NCBI GenBank assembly: GCA_028282565.1
Contig: JANQHS010000363.1
Location: 1 to 53,617 of the forward strand
From: Cytophagales bacterium
Lineage (GTDB): Bacteria; Bacteroidota; Bacteroidia; Cytophagales; CCMP332
Reading direction: 5' to 3'
Length of the DNA stretch: 53,617 bases
Every line of letters starts with the position of its first letter. The stretch's first letter is position 1. Made by a program: the position numbers and the translations under genes. This document shows, piece after piece, positions 8,585-18,977 of this stretch. Under the pieces are notes generated by a model, which saw only the letters and a program-made list of their open reading frames with translations, made no database searches and had not been told where the DNA came from.

Positions 8585-9777
8585 GATGCTATTTTATTTA
8601 TTTCGTTCACCAAGTTCTTCAGGATAGTCTCCCGATTGAATTTTTCCCTGGAGTTTTGAATTCCATTTTGCGCAAACCTATTAAGATCAGGAGAATCTCG
8701 GACCGATCTCAGACATTCGGTTAACTCTTGGAATTTTCCCGGCTCAACGACCCAGCCCAGATCATTATCTCTTACAATGGTTGCCCCCTCACCACTTCCG
8801 AAAAATATTATTGGAAGGCCGGCAGCCATTGCCTCATATACCTTAGAGGGAACAGCTCCATGTATGTTTTTCACAAGGGGCACCAGATAAACATCGTATT
8901 CGTTTAAGATCTCCGGGATCTCTTCCCTTGTCACTGTGCCATGGAAAAAAACCCCCTCGGCGTCTTTGATCAGGGATTCGATTCTTTCCATTTCTGCTCC
9001 GCCACCATAAATATGGAATTCCATTCCCAACTTTGAAAAATCAACATTCTCGATTATCGCTGCTATTCCCTGGGCAACACCGAACAATCCGGCATAGACT
9101 ATCCTGATCTTCTGATCCATACTCCCTGAGTGCTGTTTCCTGTTTTTGAATCTGGATGGATCAACTCCGTTTCTAAACAGGTATGTCCTGACCTGGTTTT
9201 TTTGAATATGTTTTACGATCTCTTCACTTTGGCCTGTGACAAGCACTGCCTTTCGGTAGATTAACCTCTCCAGGCTTTCAAGTCTTTGATAGAACCATCC
9301 ATCCGAAATGGCACCCAGTTCCTTGGCTGTCAATGGCCAAAGATCAGAAACGTTGAACCAGAATTTTGATCGTATCCATCCGGAAAAATGATAGCCGAAA
9401 TATCCCACCAGCAATGGAGGGCTCTCCACAAAACAAACATCGGGTTGAAACTTCCTGGCCCTTCTCAAGAAAGTGAACATCGAAAGACCAAATGAGATCA
9501 TTGAGATAATTCTGGGAATAGTGCTCTTTGAGTTTGAGGCATAGATCCATGACCTCCAAATCCCAATCTTGTTGCTTTGCTCAACAGATGTCCATTTACC
9601 CCTGTAATCTTCGAATATTCTTCCCTTTGGGTAGTTTGGCATAGCCGTCAGCACCCGAACATCCCAACCTCTTCCGACAAATGCATTTGCCATTTCCAGC
9701 AGTCGGTTCTGGGGAGCCCCCATTTCCGGAAAGAAGTATTGGGAAACGATCAGAAGCTTTTTGCCGTCTCCACTCAT
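8581..9777 (-). CDS. Glycosyltransferase family 4 (WbuB-like)
   Basis: GT-B fold with the N-terminal LLIVSQYFFPEMGAP and a C-terminal EX7E-like VPSKVYEAMAAGLPII. Confidence 0.8.
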   Translation of the reverse strand: MSGDGKKLLIVSQYFFPEMGAPQNRLLEMANAFVGRGWDVRVLTAMPNYPKGRIFEDYRGKWTSVEQSNKIGIWRSWIYASNSKSTIPRIISMISFGLSMFTFLRRARKFQPDVCFVESPPLLVGYFGYHFSGWIRSKFWFNVSDLWPLTAKELGAISDGWFYQRLESLERLIYRKAVLVTGQSEEIVKHIQKNQVRTYLFRNGVDPSRFKNRKQHSGSMDQKIRIVYAGLFGVAQGIAAIIENVDFSKLGMEFHIYGGGAEMERIESLIKDAEGVFFHGTVTREEIPEILNEYDVYLVPLVKNIHGAVPSKVYEAMAAGLPIIFFGSGEGATIVRDNDLGWVVEPGKFQELTECLRSVRDSPDLNRFAQNGIQNSREKFNRETILKNLVNEINKIAS

Positions 9778-10772
9778 CGCCTCAAAAAATTCCTTGCATA
9801 AATGACAAAATCCTTTGGCCCAAAAAACTGAACGCGCTTCACAATCCTTCGAATCAAGCCACCCATCTGCCCAGGAAACACTTTTAGGAGATGAGATTTG
9901 AATTTTCCATTTCCTATCAACTCATAGCCTGATCTCTGAAGATCATCGCCAAACAGATACTCAACAAGATCAAGTTCCTGTCCAGAAAGAATTTCTTTCC
10001 AATCATCGGTCGAAGAACTGTAGATCCCTGAACCCTTTTCCTTGGCTAGCGATGCTGGGTTGGAAAAGGAAATATTCAACATGTTCGACTCAAATCCTAT
10101 TCCCAGGAATAAGCAGATCTCCTTTATCAGCAATTCGGGTTTTTGCACCAAATTCTCATAACTCAGGAGCAATACCCTTTCCTGATTTTCTTTGGTTGCA
10201 ATATTGGCACTTCGAACGGCCTTCTTCCAGGAATAACCATCACTCAAAATATTATAGTCCTTTTCAAGCTTTTTTGAAGAGATCTGAGCTTCGGAATATC
10301 TGTTCAAATCGACAGTATTGGTCCGGATCTTTTTGGATGCCAGTATGCCTCTAAGATCCCTTTGTATAAGAATGATCTTGGATTTTGGGATCTTCTCAAG
10401 TATTAGGTCAGCATGGAAAACATTGGTAGGGGTCTTTTCAAGAACTACGGACTCGCCCGCTTCAAGTAAGGATCTGCCGCCCCTGATAAACACCTCATGA
10501 GGACCACTGAACGGTACATTGGAATTATCTCCCCTAAACTCTGCCAATTCAGGCTCGTCGGTAAAACGAAAAACCTCTTTCCACCAATTTCTTATCGCAG
10601 CCTCTGAGCTCGGCGGATTCTGATCCCACTTCTTTTTAAGAAAGTCATGGTAATCAAAGAACTTCGATTCCCCGCTTATCCCTCTAACTCCGGAATGACT
10701 TCCAAGGATCTTTGCCAGAAGAGAGGTGCCGGAATGCATATACCCTCCAACAAAAACAAAATCCAGCGGCAT
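9774..10772 (-). CDS. Sulfotransferase family protein
   Basis: A PAPS 5'-phosphosulfate-binding loop (GGYMHSGTSLL) lies at the N-terminus. A 3'-phosphate-binding motif (LIQRDLRGILAS) follows downstream. Confidence 0.7.
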   Translation of the reverse strand: MPLDFVFVGGYMHSGTSLLAKILGSHSGVRGISGESKFFDYHDFLKKKWDQNPPSSEAAIRNWWKEVFRFTDEPELAEFRGDNSNVPFSGPHEVFIRGGRSLLEAGESVVLEKTPTNVFHADLILEKIPKSKIILIQRDLRGILASKKIRTNTVDLNRYSEAQISSKKLEKDYNILSDGYSWKKAVRSANIATKENQERVLLLSYENLVQKPELLIKEICLFLGIGFESNMLNISFSNPASLAKEKGSGIYSSSTDDWKEILSGQELDLVEYLFGDDLQRSGYELIGNGKFKSHLLKVFPGQMGGLIRRIVKRVQFFGPKDFVIYARNFLRR

Positions 10773-12109
10773 TAAAAGGATGATTCTTTTCGGATAAGAT
10801 TATTCTGAATTATCTGGGGTTTACCTGAAGAGGTTGCAGGTATATTCTCAACTTCTACAAATTCAATCTTCATATTCCCCTCCATTTTTTCCAGAATCTC
10901 TTTCCGGATGTTTTCCAGCACGGTGGTATCAAATCCCTTATCTGGAATTACCTCGATAAGTATACCTTCCAAATCATTTTGAATTACTCGAAACTGCCTT
11001 ACTTGTGGATAGAATTCAAATATCCCGGTAAAAAAATGTACGATGAGAATTTTACCTTGCTTGGTTTTAATAATATCGGTATCTCGACCCACGACACGTT
11101 CAAGCAGCGGGTACTTCATTTTCCGATGCTCGGGATACTTTTCCCTTGGAAGCTTAACAGCAAGATCTCCATTCTTGTACCTGATCAGTGGCATTGAGAA
11201 ATGATCCAAGCTAGTGACGACAACATTCCCAAGTTCTCCATCAGGAACATGCTTTCCTTCATCATCGAGTATTTCCAAATGAATATGAGGAGACATGATA
11301 TAATAATAATCCAAATCCGCTTGAGCTGCGATCATTAGTCCCTCATTACATGCGTAGGCATCGTAGACTTTTGTGCTAAAAGTTTTCTCTATACTTTTTC
11401 GATAATGGGGAAACATTTTGTCTCCCCAACTAAATACGGATTCAAAGGACAAAGAAATCCCGTTTCGGGCAGCCACCTCTGAAAAAACGAAAAGCGAAGA
11501 CGCAAATCCTCCAAAGAAATCTTTCCGAGTGGGCACGAATTTCCTTAATCCCTTCAAAACATCATCTTCCGAGAGACCAAACGCAGCATGATAATCCGTC
11601 TTGAAGAGTAGATCCTTCACGGATTTCAAAACACCTCTGTTAGGTGTAATACCCGTTTGCAAAATATGATCCCCCATTTCATATCCTCCCCACTCCCACC
11701 AATTGATCAATATGGCCCTAACCAAAGATTCTTCCCTCGAAGACAAATAAACTTTTCCCTGGATTCCCGAAGAGCCGCTACTATAATATTCTTTCAGATT
11801 TCCGGAAGAAGGATCAACCAGGGCTTCAAGATTTTTCCTGACCGATAGTTTGTCAAAAACGGGAAATTCTTCAAGGGATGGTTTATTGGAAGGTTCAATA
11901 TTTTTAAAGTAGTCCCGATAGAAAGGTATTGTCTTTCGAGTATGCTCAAGAATTGTATGAAGCTTATCCTGATGTAGCTTCTCCAATTCATGCTCAGAGA
12001 GCTTATTCAACCTTCGATATTCATTCAGATACCCGATAAACCGTGTACCCAGCAATAGATCTCCAGCCCGGAGAATCAGGTTCTCTAATAGGAAATTATA
12101 AAGGTTCAA
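10772..12109 (-). CDS. CapK-like / phenylacetate-CoA-ligase-like adenylate-forming enzyme
   Basis: 445-aa ORF with the AMP-binding P-loop-like YSSGSSGIQGK. Overall layout matches the PaaK/F390 synthetase/CapK family. Confidence 0.7.
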   Translation of the reverse strand: MNLYNFLLENLILRAGDLLLGTRFIGYLNEYRRLNKLSEHELEKLHQDKLHTILEHTRKTIPFYRDYFKNIEPSNKPSLEEFPVFDKLSVRKNLEALVDPSSGNLKEYYSSGSSGIQGKVYLSSREESLVRAILINWWEWGGYEMGDHILQTGITPNRGVLKSVKDLLFKTDYHAAFGLSEDDVLKGLRKFVPTRKDFFGGFASSLFVFSEVAARNGISLSFESVFSWGDKMFPHYRKSIEKTFSTKVYDAYACNEGLMIAAQADLDYYYIMSPHIHLEILDDEGKHVPDGELGNVVVTSLDHFSMPLIRYKNGDLAVKLPREKYPEHRKMKYPLLERVVGRDTDIIKTKQGKILIVHFFTGIFEFYPQVRQFRVIQNDLEGILIEVIPDKGFDTTVLENIRKEILEKMEGNMKIEFVEVENIPATSSGKPQIIQNNLIRKESSF

Positions 12110-13122
12110 TTCAAAAAGAAGGGTTGAATTAAGTCAACCCACTCGCGCTTTACATTTTGCCACGAAAACTTCTCAACATCGTTTCTAGCATTTATAGCCA
12201 GTTTTCTTGACAGTTCAGGATCATTCTTCAGTTTTTGACTGAGAAGATTAAGCCGTTCTCGATCTCCGGGATCAAAAAGCAATCCTGTTTCTCCATCTCT
12301 TATTAAGTATGGGATACCCCCAACATTGGTACTTATCACCGGAAGTCCTAGTGCCATGGCTTCAATCAGGCTTATTGGAGTGTTATCAATATTGGTGGTA
12401 TTAATAAAGAGATCACAACTTTTTGCCAATTCAATGATCTGAGGTTTTTTCAAGAATCCGGTAAGCTGAATATGTGTTTGAAGTCCCTTCTCTTCGATCA
12501 TTTGCCTGATGTCATCCAGCGTACCGTCTTTGTCCGGCCCCACCATGGTCAGGTGACATTCTATTCCTTGCGACTTTAAATCTGCAATGAGCTGAACGGC
12601 TAATTTCGGATTATATATTTTGTGAAACGAACGCACCCATAAAAATCGATTCCGGTTCTCACCGGTTTCTTTGAAAGCATAATTTTCCAACAAAATATGA
12701 TTTGGTATGAAAACCCGATTTTGAAATTTTTCAAAATTGGAAAACATGTACATGGATGGTGCAACAAGTGTTGCTGCACGATCAAAAAAACGAATCACCG
12801 ACCGACTCGGATTACTTAATCTTTTTGGCAATCCACCTCCCCTTAAGATCAATATATATGGAATTCCAAATAGCCTGCTCAAATAACCCAGGTAAAATGC
12901 ATAATTGAAAGCCAAACTGCTATATACATCGATCAGTATCACTGAGGTTCTGCGAGCATTTCGAATCATGCCAAAAAACATATCTAATGCTCTTACCACT
13001 GGATTGGCGGCATCAGAATACCTTTTCATGGGGAAAATCTTATCAAGCTCATCTCCCAGATAATCTATCCCCGTAGGATTGCCCTTTCGCCTGCCTAGTT
13101 TATTTCCAAAGTATAAAAGCAA
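12106..13122 (-). CDS. Glycosyltransferase family 4
   Basis: TTG start giving MLLYFGNKL. The C-terminal domain carries NTPISLIEAMALGLPVIST (EX7E-type). Confidence 0.8.
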   Translation of the reverse strand: MLLYFGNKLGRRKGNPTGIDYLGDELDKIFPMKRYSDAANPVVRALDMFFGMIRNARRTSVILIDVYSSLAFNYAFYLGYLSRLFGIPYILILRGGGLPKRLSNPSRSVIRFFDRAATLVAPSMYMFSNFEKFQNRVFIPNHILLENYAFKETGENRNRFLWVRSFHKIYNPKLAVQLIADLKSQGIECHLTMVGPDKDGTLDDIRQMIEEKGLQTHIQLTGFLKKPQIIELAKSCDLFINTTNIDNTPISLIEAMALGLPVISTNVGGIPYLIRDGETGLLFDPGDRERLNLLSQKLKNDPELSRKLAINARNDVEKFSWQNVKREWVDLIQPFFLN

Positions 13123-13125
13123 GTA

Positions 13126-14037
13126 TCAAGATTTTAGATCATAGTATTCAGCCAACAATTCATGATCTGCTCTTTGCCTTCCATCCTTTTGAAATGTCAT
13201 GCATATACCTTTGGGATTTGTCCACTCACGAATAGAGTTTTTTGGATAAAACCCATCGGTATACTTGAAAACCCAGAAAAGAAATCGATTAATGGCGAAG
13301 GCCAGGCGTCTTGCATATTTATTCGAAAACCAATTTACAGTCCAGGCATGAAGTGTAACCGCAACCAGGCTTCCGTTTCCCTCTGATACTTCGTGTCTGA
13401 CAAGTTTACTTAGTGGAAACATACTTCTCAAACCGGTGAACGTAAACCTGAAAAAATCATAGGGCATGGAATGCCAATTGAACCCCATAGGAACATCAAT
13501 TTGAGACATACCGTCAATCTTCAATACTCTCTCGATCTCGTTGGCCACCTCCCATGGCCTAATGGTATGCTCCAGAACCTGCCCGGCAATGACCAGATCA
13601 ATCGTTTGATCCTTGAAGGGTATGTCATGGGCATCAAATACCACATCAGGTCCAAATTGCCCGTGAACATCGGAAGCAATGACTTCCGACTCCGGAAAAA
13701 AGTCTTTGTAATACTGAATTTTATCACCGGCACCTATGACCAGAACCACTTCAAAATCAAAGTTATCCCTCAAAAACGCATACCTTTTTCCCAGTGTATA
13801 GTCAACCGTTAAGGAGGGCAGCAACTTTTGTCTTATATAGTTCTTAGGATTGTTCAGATCCCTGTAGGATTGATTCTGGGTGCTGGCTTCTTGCCCCTTT
13901 AACTGATCCATATCGAAAAGAGAGCTTTTCGATGGAGGAAAAACTGGAATCCTCTTCTGCGATGGCCCGATCAAAAAGTCCTGAGGAGCTTTATTCCGGA
14001 TTCTTTCAAGTACTGGGTTGATATCTCTTGACATCAC
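13126..14037 (-). CDS. Class I SAM-dependent methyltransferase
   Basis: VLVIGAGD glycine-rich SAM loop and DLVIAGQVLEHT motif (Methyltransf_11-like). Confidence 0.7.
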   Translation of the reverse strand: MMSRDINPVLERIRNKAPQDFLIGPSQKRIPVFPPSKSSLFDMDQLKGQEASTQNQSYRDLNNPKNYIRQKLLPSLTVDYTLGKRYAFLRDNFDFEVVLVIGAGDKIQYYKDFFPESEVIASDVHGQFGPDVVFDAHDIPFKDQTIDLVIAGQVLEHTIRPWEVANEIERVLKIDGMSQIDVPMGFNWHSMPYDFFRFTFTGLRSMFPLSKLVRHEVSEGNGSLVAVTLHAWTVNWFSNKYARRLAFAINRFLFWVFKYTDGFYPKNSIREWTNPKGICMTFQKDGRQRADHELLAEYYDLKS

Positions 14038-15923
14038 ATTTTAATATTGGCGTTGAGGCGAGTTTTTTCAAACCAGCACAGGGTCGAAAACAGGATCAAT
14101 ATTCTTTGATAAACCGATGCGCGGCTGATCATTTTTTGATTGCGGTTTTTCAACTGCAAAAAGAGATTATCGATGTAATCCTTCTTCAAAAATTCGTTCA
14201 AAACGTTGTCTCCATCTTGAATTCTCATATGAATATCATCAAAATCCTTCTCGCTTAACCATTGATCAACAGGAATTGAAAAACCCGATTTGGGCAAATT
14301 GGAAATGCTCTTTGGGTATATTTTGCTGTGTATGCTCCTCAGTATTTTTTTCTTTTTGCTGAATGAGGCTTTCTCGGAGAAGGGAATTCTCACAGCGTAT
14401 TTTGCCAGATCTTCGTCCAAAAAAGGAACACGATATTCAAGACTATTGAGCATAGACATCATATCGGTCTTCCTAAGGTAATCGCTTCTTAATCTGACCT
14501 TGGTATATGCATCCTGAAAAAGGACCTCAGCGGGCAAATTCGCATAACCCAGCCGCTCTCCAACCTTCTCAAGATACTCGTTCCGTTTTTGAGACACCTC
14601 ATTATCCTTGTAGATCTCTTCGTGAAGTGAGACCCAGCTTTGCCACTCAACCCATTTCAGAAAATCCTGCTCGAAAGCCATTATGCCTTTGATTCTATTA
14701 AACTTTCGAGATAGCTCCGGGTGAGGTAATGCTCCGGATAAAAAGGAGGAGCCCAAAAGTGATAGTCTCCTGGGAAACCTACTTTGAAGGACCAAAGAAT
14801 AAAGTCCCAGATATCCTCCAAACAACTCATCACCTCCATCACCCCCAATAAGAACCTTTGAGGATTTTGAACACACCCTGGACAACAAATAAAATGGGAT
14901 AAGCGAGCTGTCAGCATAGGGCTGGTCAAAGTGGGTCAATATGTTTTCCAGAACTTCAACATTGCCTATATCGCTCTCTACCGGAAAGGTATTAAGCTTG
15001 GTGTTCAGGTGTGCGGAAATCGCCTTGGCCACTTCTGACTCATCATATTCATGATCAGCAAATTTCACATTGATCCCTTCTACCGAAGAACTCGAAAACT
15101 CTTGCGCAAAAGCCAGAACCAGAGAACTATCAATCCCACCGCTTAGCGCAATATGAAAACCGACATCGGATATAAGGCTTCTTTTTACAGCAACCTTGAG
15201 GAGTTCTTCAGAATGTTTTATGGTGTCGGATTTCTGATCAGGCCTATCCGCTCCAAACTGGAAATCAAATATTCTGGTCCTGATCAATTCCTCCCTTTCT
15301 ACCACATATTCATAGCAAAAACCGGGATCGATAGATTTAATCGAGGTGTAAACTGTGTCCGGCTCTATGATATAGCCTAAATGAAAATATGCGAGTAACG
15401 CATCATAGTGGATCTCCGAAGAAACTATGGGAAGGAGAGATTTGATCTCACTGGAAAATGCCAAAACCCCATCTTTCCATGAGAAGTACAAGGGCTTGAC
15501 CCCGAAAGGATCACGCATCATGATCAACCTTGATCCATTGCTCCTATCCAGAATAGCGAAACTGTATATCCCCCTAATCTCTTTAAGGAATTCCTTTCCA
15601 AACCTCATATACCCGGACAGGAGGGTTCTTGAGTCAGAGCTTGATCTGATCTCAGGATATTTCCTGCCCAATTCCCGGTAATTATAGATCTCTCCATTAA
15701 AGACGAGCATGAAGTTCTCATCCTCTGATAGCATTGGTTGATTTGCTTCTGGACTGAGATCAATAATACTCAACCTTCTATGCCCCAAATACCATTGGTC
15801 ATCGCTGAAATGTCCCGCATGATCGGGACCGCGATGGGCCAATAGATCCCTGCATTTGTTCAGAGAATCAACACTGAACTGATCCTTGAGCCGGGGATGG
15901 TGCACCCCTATAATTCCACACAT
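14034..15923 (-). CDS. asnB: Asparagine synthase (glutamine-hydrolysing) family amidotransferase
   Basis: N-terminal MCGI nucleophile and the SGGIDSS PP-loop. Length is 629 aa. Confidence 0.85.
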   Translation of the reverse strand: MCGIIGVHHPRLKDQFSVDSLNKCRDLLAHRGPDHAGHFSDDQWYLGHRRLSIIDLSPEANQPMLSEDENFMLVFNGEIYNYRELGRKYPEIRSSSDSRTLLSGYMRFGKEFLKEIRGIYSFAILDRSNGSRLIMMRDPFGVKPLYFSWKDGVLAFSSEIKSLLPIVSSEIHYDALLAYFHLGYIIEPDTVYTSIKSIDPGFCYEYVVEREELIRTRIFDFQFGADRPDQKSDTIKHSEELLKVAVKRSLISDVGFHIALSGGIDSSLVLAFAQEFSSSSVEGINVKFADHEYDESEVAKAISAHLNTKLNTFPVESDIGNVEVLENILTHFDQPYADSSLIPFYLLSRVCSKSSKVLIGGDGGDELFGGYLGLYSLVLQSRFPRRLSLLGSSFLSGALPHPELSRKFNRIKGIMAFEQDFLKWVEWQSWVSLHEEIYKDNEVSQKRNEYLEKVGERLGYANLPAEVLFQDAYTKVRLRSDYLRKTDMMSMLNSLEYRVPFLDEDLAKYAVRIPFSEKASFSKKKKILRSIHSKIYPKSISNLPKSGFSIPVDQWLSEKDFDDIHMRIQDGDNVLNEFLKKDYIDNLFLQLKNRNQKMISRASVYQRILILFSTLCWFEKTRLNANIKM

Positions 15924-15935
15924 CGGACAGGTAGC

Positions 15936-16772
15936 TTAATAAGCGTCGAAGGCATTGATGTTTTTCAAGAATTCCGGGAAACCCATGGTTTTGGGGGTGA
16001 GCAGAACATGGTATCTCACTCGATCCCGGACAGGGCTATCGTAAGTAACCTGATCCTTGGTATCAAGATCCCAGACTTCGTAATCATAAGGTTGCAAAAT
16101 ATCCAACAGCTTCGAGCTGCCTGATCTTAACAGATCCTCATTAAAAGCATGCATTTCGATCAGGAATTTTGTTGTTCCACTCCCAAGAATGGAATGAGCA
16201 CCTTGCAACGCCTCATATTCGGCACCCTCAATATCCATTTTCACGAGATCAGGCATTATACCTAATTGGTTGACAATATCATCCAGTGCAATCGACGTCA
16301 CAGTAGAGTATTGATTGTTCCTTTTTGCCGTATTTGCCTGCTCTGAAAACCGACTTCCCGCAGCATCACCAAAAAAACTCCAGAAGGTTATTTCCTCTCC
16401 GGAGCTTTGCGATGCAAAACCGGGAAAGATCCGAACGTTCTTGATCAATCTATTCTTAATCAGGTTTTCAGTGGCTACGGAAAGAGAAACAGGGTCCGGT
16501 TCTACGAGAACCAAATTGGCATCTTTATTTGCCGCAAGTATCAATAATGTGCTTTGTCCTGTATTGACCCCGACATCAAAAATTTGATTAGACCTTCTTG
16601 AAAGCTCAACCAGCCAGGCGGAATCCTCCTGCGGAGTCTTATAGGCACTGCCCCTGAGAACAAGAAAATCCTGATCAAGAATTTGCACATTTTCCGTGGC
16701 CCGACGAGTGAAACCCAGTTTTTTAAACAGGAGTAATTTAACCCTCTCTTTAGCGCTCCTTATCAAATTCAT
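15936..16772 (-). CDS. FkbM family methyltransferase
   Basis: FDVGVNTGQSTL SAM loop and DLVKMDIEGAEYEAL motif, both characteristic of FkbM-type methyltransferases. Confidence 0.7.
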   Translation of the reverse strand: MNLIRSAKERVKLLLFKKLGFTRRATENVQILDQDFLVLRGSAYKTPQEDSAWLVELSRRSNQIFDVGVNTGQSTLLILAANKDANLVLVEPDPVSLSVATENLIKNRLIKNVRIFPGFASQSSGEEITFWSFFGDAAGSRFSEQANTAKRNNQYSTVTSIALDDIVNQLGIMPDLVKMDIEGAEYEALQGAHSILGSGTTKFLIEMHAFNEDLLRSGSSKLLDILQPYDYEVWDLDTKDQVTYDSPVRDRVRYHVLLTPKTMGFPEFLKNINAFDAY

Positions 16773-17928
16773 TTATACTCATTTTTGATTCCAATTCCTT
16801 TAACCAGATCGGTCGAAGTTTCTCCCAAAACCGGTCATAAGTCAATTGCCTGGAATTTTGAATCGCATTTTTTGAAATACCTTCAAGATCAAGGTTCTCT
16901 GTGCCTATTGACCTCATAATCTCATTTAAGGAAGAAGAGTCCAGTTCTTCCAGCAAAAAACCGTTTTGCCCATTTTCAATAAACTGCGGCAAGCTAGAAA
17001 TTTTTGACACAATGGGAATTACCCCAAGAGCCCCCGCCTCTCCTACCACCTTGGGAAATCCTTCAGAATAGGAAGGGAGCAACAGAAAATGGCATTCCTG
17101 AAAAACCTCAAAAAGCTTCTCTCTTGACATCTGTCCATGAATAATGAACTTCATATCCAGTTGGGTGCCGGTTTCCTCAATTGTACGCATCAACGGTCCG
17201 GTTCCTATCCAAACCATAGATTCAACCAGATCCGAAACCCCATTTTCTTTCAATGAGTCCAAAATAATATTAACCCCTTTCTTCTCTTCCAATCTTCCCA
17301 CAAAGCAAAACCGATAACCTTCCCCTGCGGAAAAGCTCTTATGCGACCTGGCGGCAAATTCTTCATTATACATACAGGGATTCCAGAATGCATGAATATG
17401 TTTCGGCTGATCGGGCCAATTTCCGTTCACGGTAGCAATACCATCCCTCAACTTCAGGATCAGTCTTTTCTGGTACAAGTAGGATGTAGGTACCGGATTC
17501 ACCCAATTGCCCGCATATTTAACCCATAAGGGTTTTTTGAAGCCGAACAATGAATTAAGAAAAAGGAAAATCATTCCCGGAACCGAAGGCGATCTTACAC
17601 CTATTGCGGTAGACTTCCTTGTCTCCCGCCAAATCATCCAAAAGTATCTGGGGAGTTTGAGTGCCAGGAATATTTTCGCGATCATCCCTTTTCCTCCGGC
17701 CGCCGCCAATGGAACAATAGTCAGATTTTCCGATGTGATCGGTTTTGCAATTTTTTCAGGAGTATCTCCTTTGGCAAAAACGATCCACCGAACATGCTCA
17801 AAGGAATTGGAGATAAACTCAATTTCCCTGACCGTGGGCCCATGGCCATACCATTGGCCATTTTTTAGCCAAAAATCCGTATCAGATACAATTAATAACC
17901 TAGGGCTTGATGATATATCTGAAGACAT
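16750..17928 (-). CDS. Glycosyltransferase family 4
   Basis: C-terminal SYSEGFPKVVGEAGALGVIPIVS (EX7E) in a GT-B-sized 392-aa ORF. Confidence 0.75.
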   Translation of the reverse strand: MSSDISSSPRLLIVSDTDFWLKNGQWYGHGPTVREIEFISNSFEHVRWIVFAKGDTPEKIAKPITSENLTIVPLAAAGGKGMIAKIFLALKLPRYFWMIWRETRKSTAIGVRSPSVPGMIFLFLNSLFGFKKPLWVKYAGNWVNPVPTSYLYQKRLILKLRDGIATVNGNWPDQPKHIHAFWNPCMYNEEFAARSHKSFSAGEGYRFCFVGRLEEKKGVNIILDSLKENGVSDLVESMVWIGTGPLMRTIEETGTQLDMKFIIHGQMSREKLFEVFQECHFLLLPSYSEGFPKVVGEAGALGVIPIVSKISSLPQFIENGQNGFLLEELDSSSLNEIMRSIGTENLDLEGISKNAIQNSRQLTYDRFWEKLRPIWLKELESKMSINEFDKER

Positions 17929-18977
17929 TCTTCATAGTACTTTTCTTCAGAATAATTTTTCCGGTAGAAATCCTGAATTTGATCTTTATGGGCGTCTACA
18001 GGAGCGGACATCATTCTGGTGAATCCATCTTTCCAGGAACTCAGCTCTAGATCCCCGATGTAAAAGTCTCTTAAAGATCCGGCCAGAAGCTGAGTCATTT
18101 CCCCGGCATTAAAGAACAGAAACGGAACTCCTTCCGCCAGGTATTCCAGGATAACCAATGGATACACTTCAGTCCTGCTTGTGTGGATGGCAAAATGATA
18201 CCGAGGCAACACGGACTGAATGTTTGTTTCGGTCGTAATAATTCTGACCTGATCTCCCAATCCCGAAGAGGAAATCAATTCTGCAATTTTTTGGTAGTAG
18301 TCCTTATCAACTATTTGTCCATATATATCCAATTGAATGCCCTGATCTGCAAATTCTCCGATAAGGTTTATGGCCAATTCCATATTCTTTTCGAACCTAA
18401 AATTAGATACAAGAGCAATCCTTCCTTGCTCCTTTTTTATGCCACTTTTAGGGAAGGATTTTACATAATTGCCCAGATAAAAAACCTCGGTCGGATTTTT
18501 TCCCGTTTTAGCCAAAATCGATTCGATCAAGGTGCTACGCCCACCTATGTAGAAATTCCTTTGGATGCCTAACCGTAGAAAAAAGCCAATCTTGTGGCTC
18601 AATTCGATCAATCCGTATTGGTCATGAAAGAAGAATCTTGACGAAGAGGGAACAAGCCCGAAAAGCTGAGACAAAAAAGCATATCTCAATGTATGCCCCA
18701 TGTGCAAATGGATGACATCAAACTTTTTAAAGATCCCGGCCATTTTCAGGAGCTTTAACGGATTGAATTTCCACTCTCGATGAAGCGAGATCAGCTCAAT
18801 TCCAGGCTGAATATATTTTTCAAACTCCCCTCCATCCTCATATACCATGATCGAAACCTGATGACTCCTTTGCACAAAAACCGAAGACAATACCAACGCT
18901 GTTTTCTCTGCTCCACCGGCATCCAGTTTTGCAACCACATGCAGTATTTTCAGTTTTTGCTTTTTAGCTCCGCCCAT
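17892..18977 (-). CDS. Glycosyltransferase family 4
   Basis: N-terminal KILHVVAKLDAGGAEK and C-terminal EVYPLVILEYLAEGVPF. Confidence 0.75.
   Translation of the reverse strand: MGGAKKQKLKILHVVAKLDAGGAEKTALVLSSVFVQRSHQVSIMVYEDGGEFEKYIQPGIELISLHREWKFNPLKLLKMAGIFKKFDVIHLHMGHTLRYAFLSQLFGLVPSSSRFFFHDQYGLIELSHKIGFFLRLGIQRNFYIGGRSTLIESILAKTGKNPTEVFYLGNYVKSFPKSGIKKEQGRIALVSNFRFEKNMELAINLIGEFADQGIQLDIYGQIVDKDYYQKIAELISSSGLGDQVRIITTETNIQSVLPRYHFAIHTSRTEVYPLVILEYLAEGVPFLFFNAGEMTQLLAGSLRDFYIGDLELSSWKDGFTRMMSAPVDAHKDQIQDFYRKNYSEEKYYEECLQIYHQALGY

Noticed and set aside
17507-18022. Long antisense ORFs on the plus strand inside minus-strand genes (17507-18022; also 28675-29175, 29102-29587, 36039-36557 and 49206-49706).
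   Set aside because: Each lies fully within a minus-strand CDS that has strong family motifs (GT4, AsnB, beta-propeller, aconitase). Their translations show no domain-like motifs. They are typical shadow ORFs.
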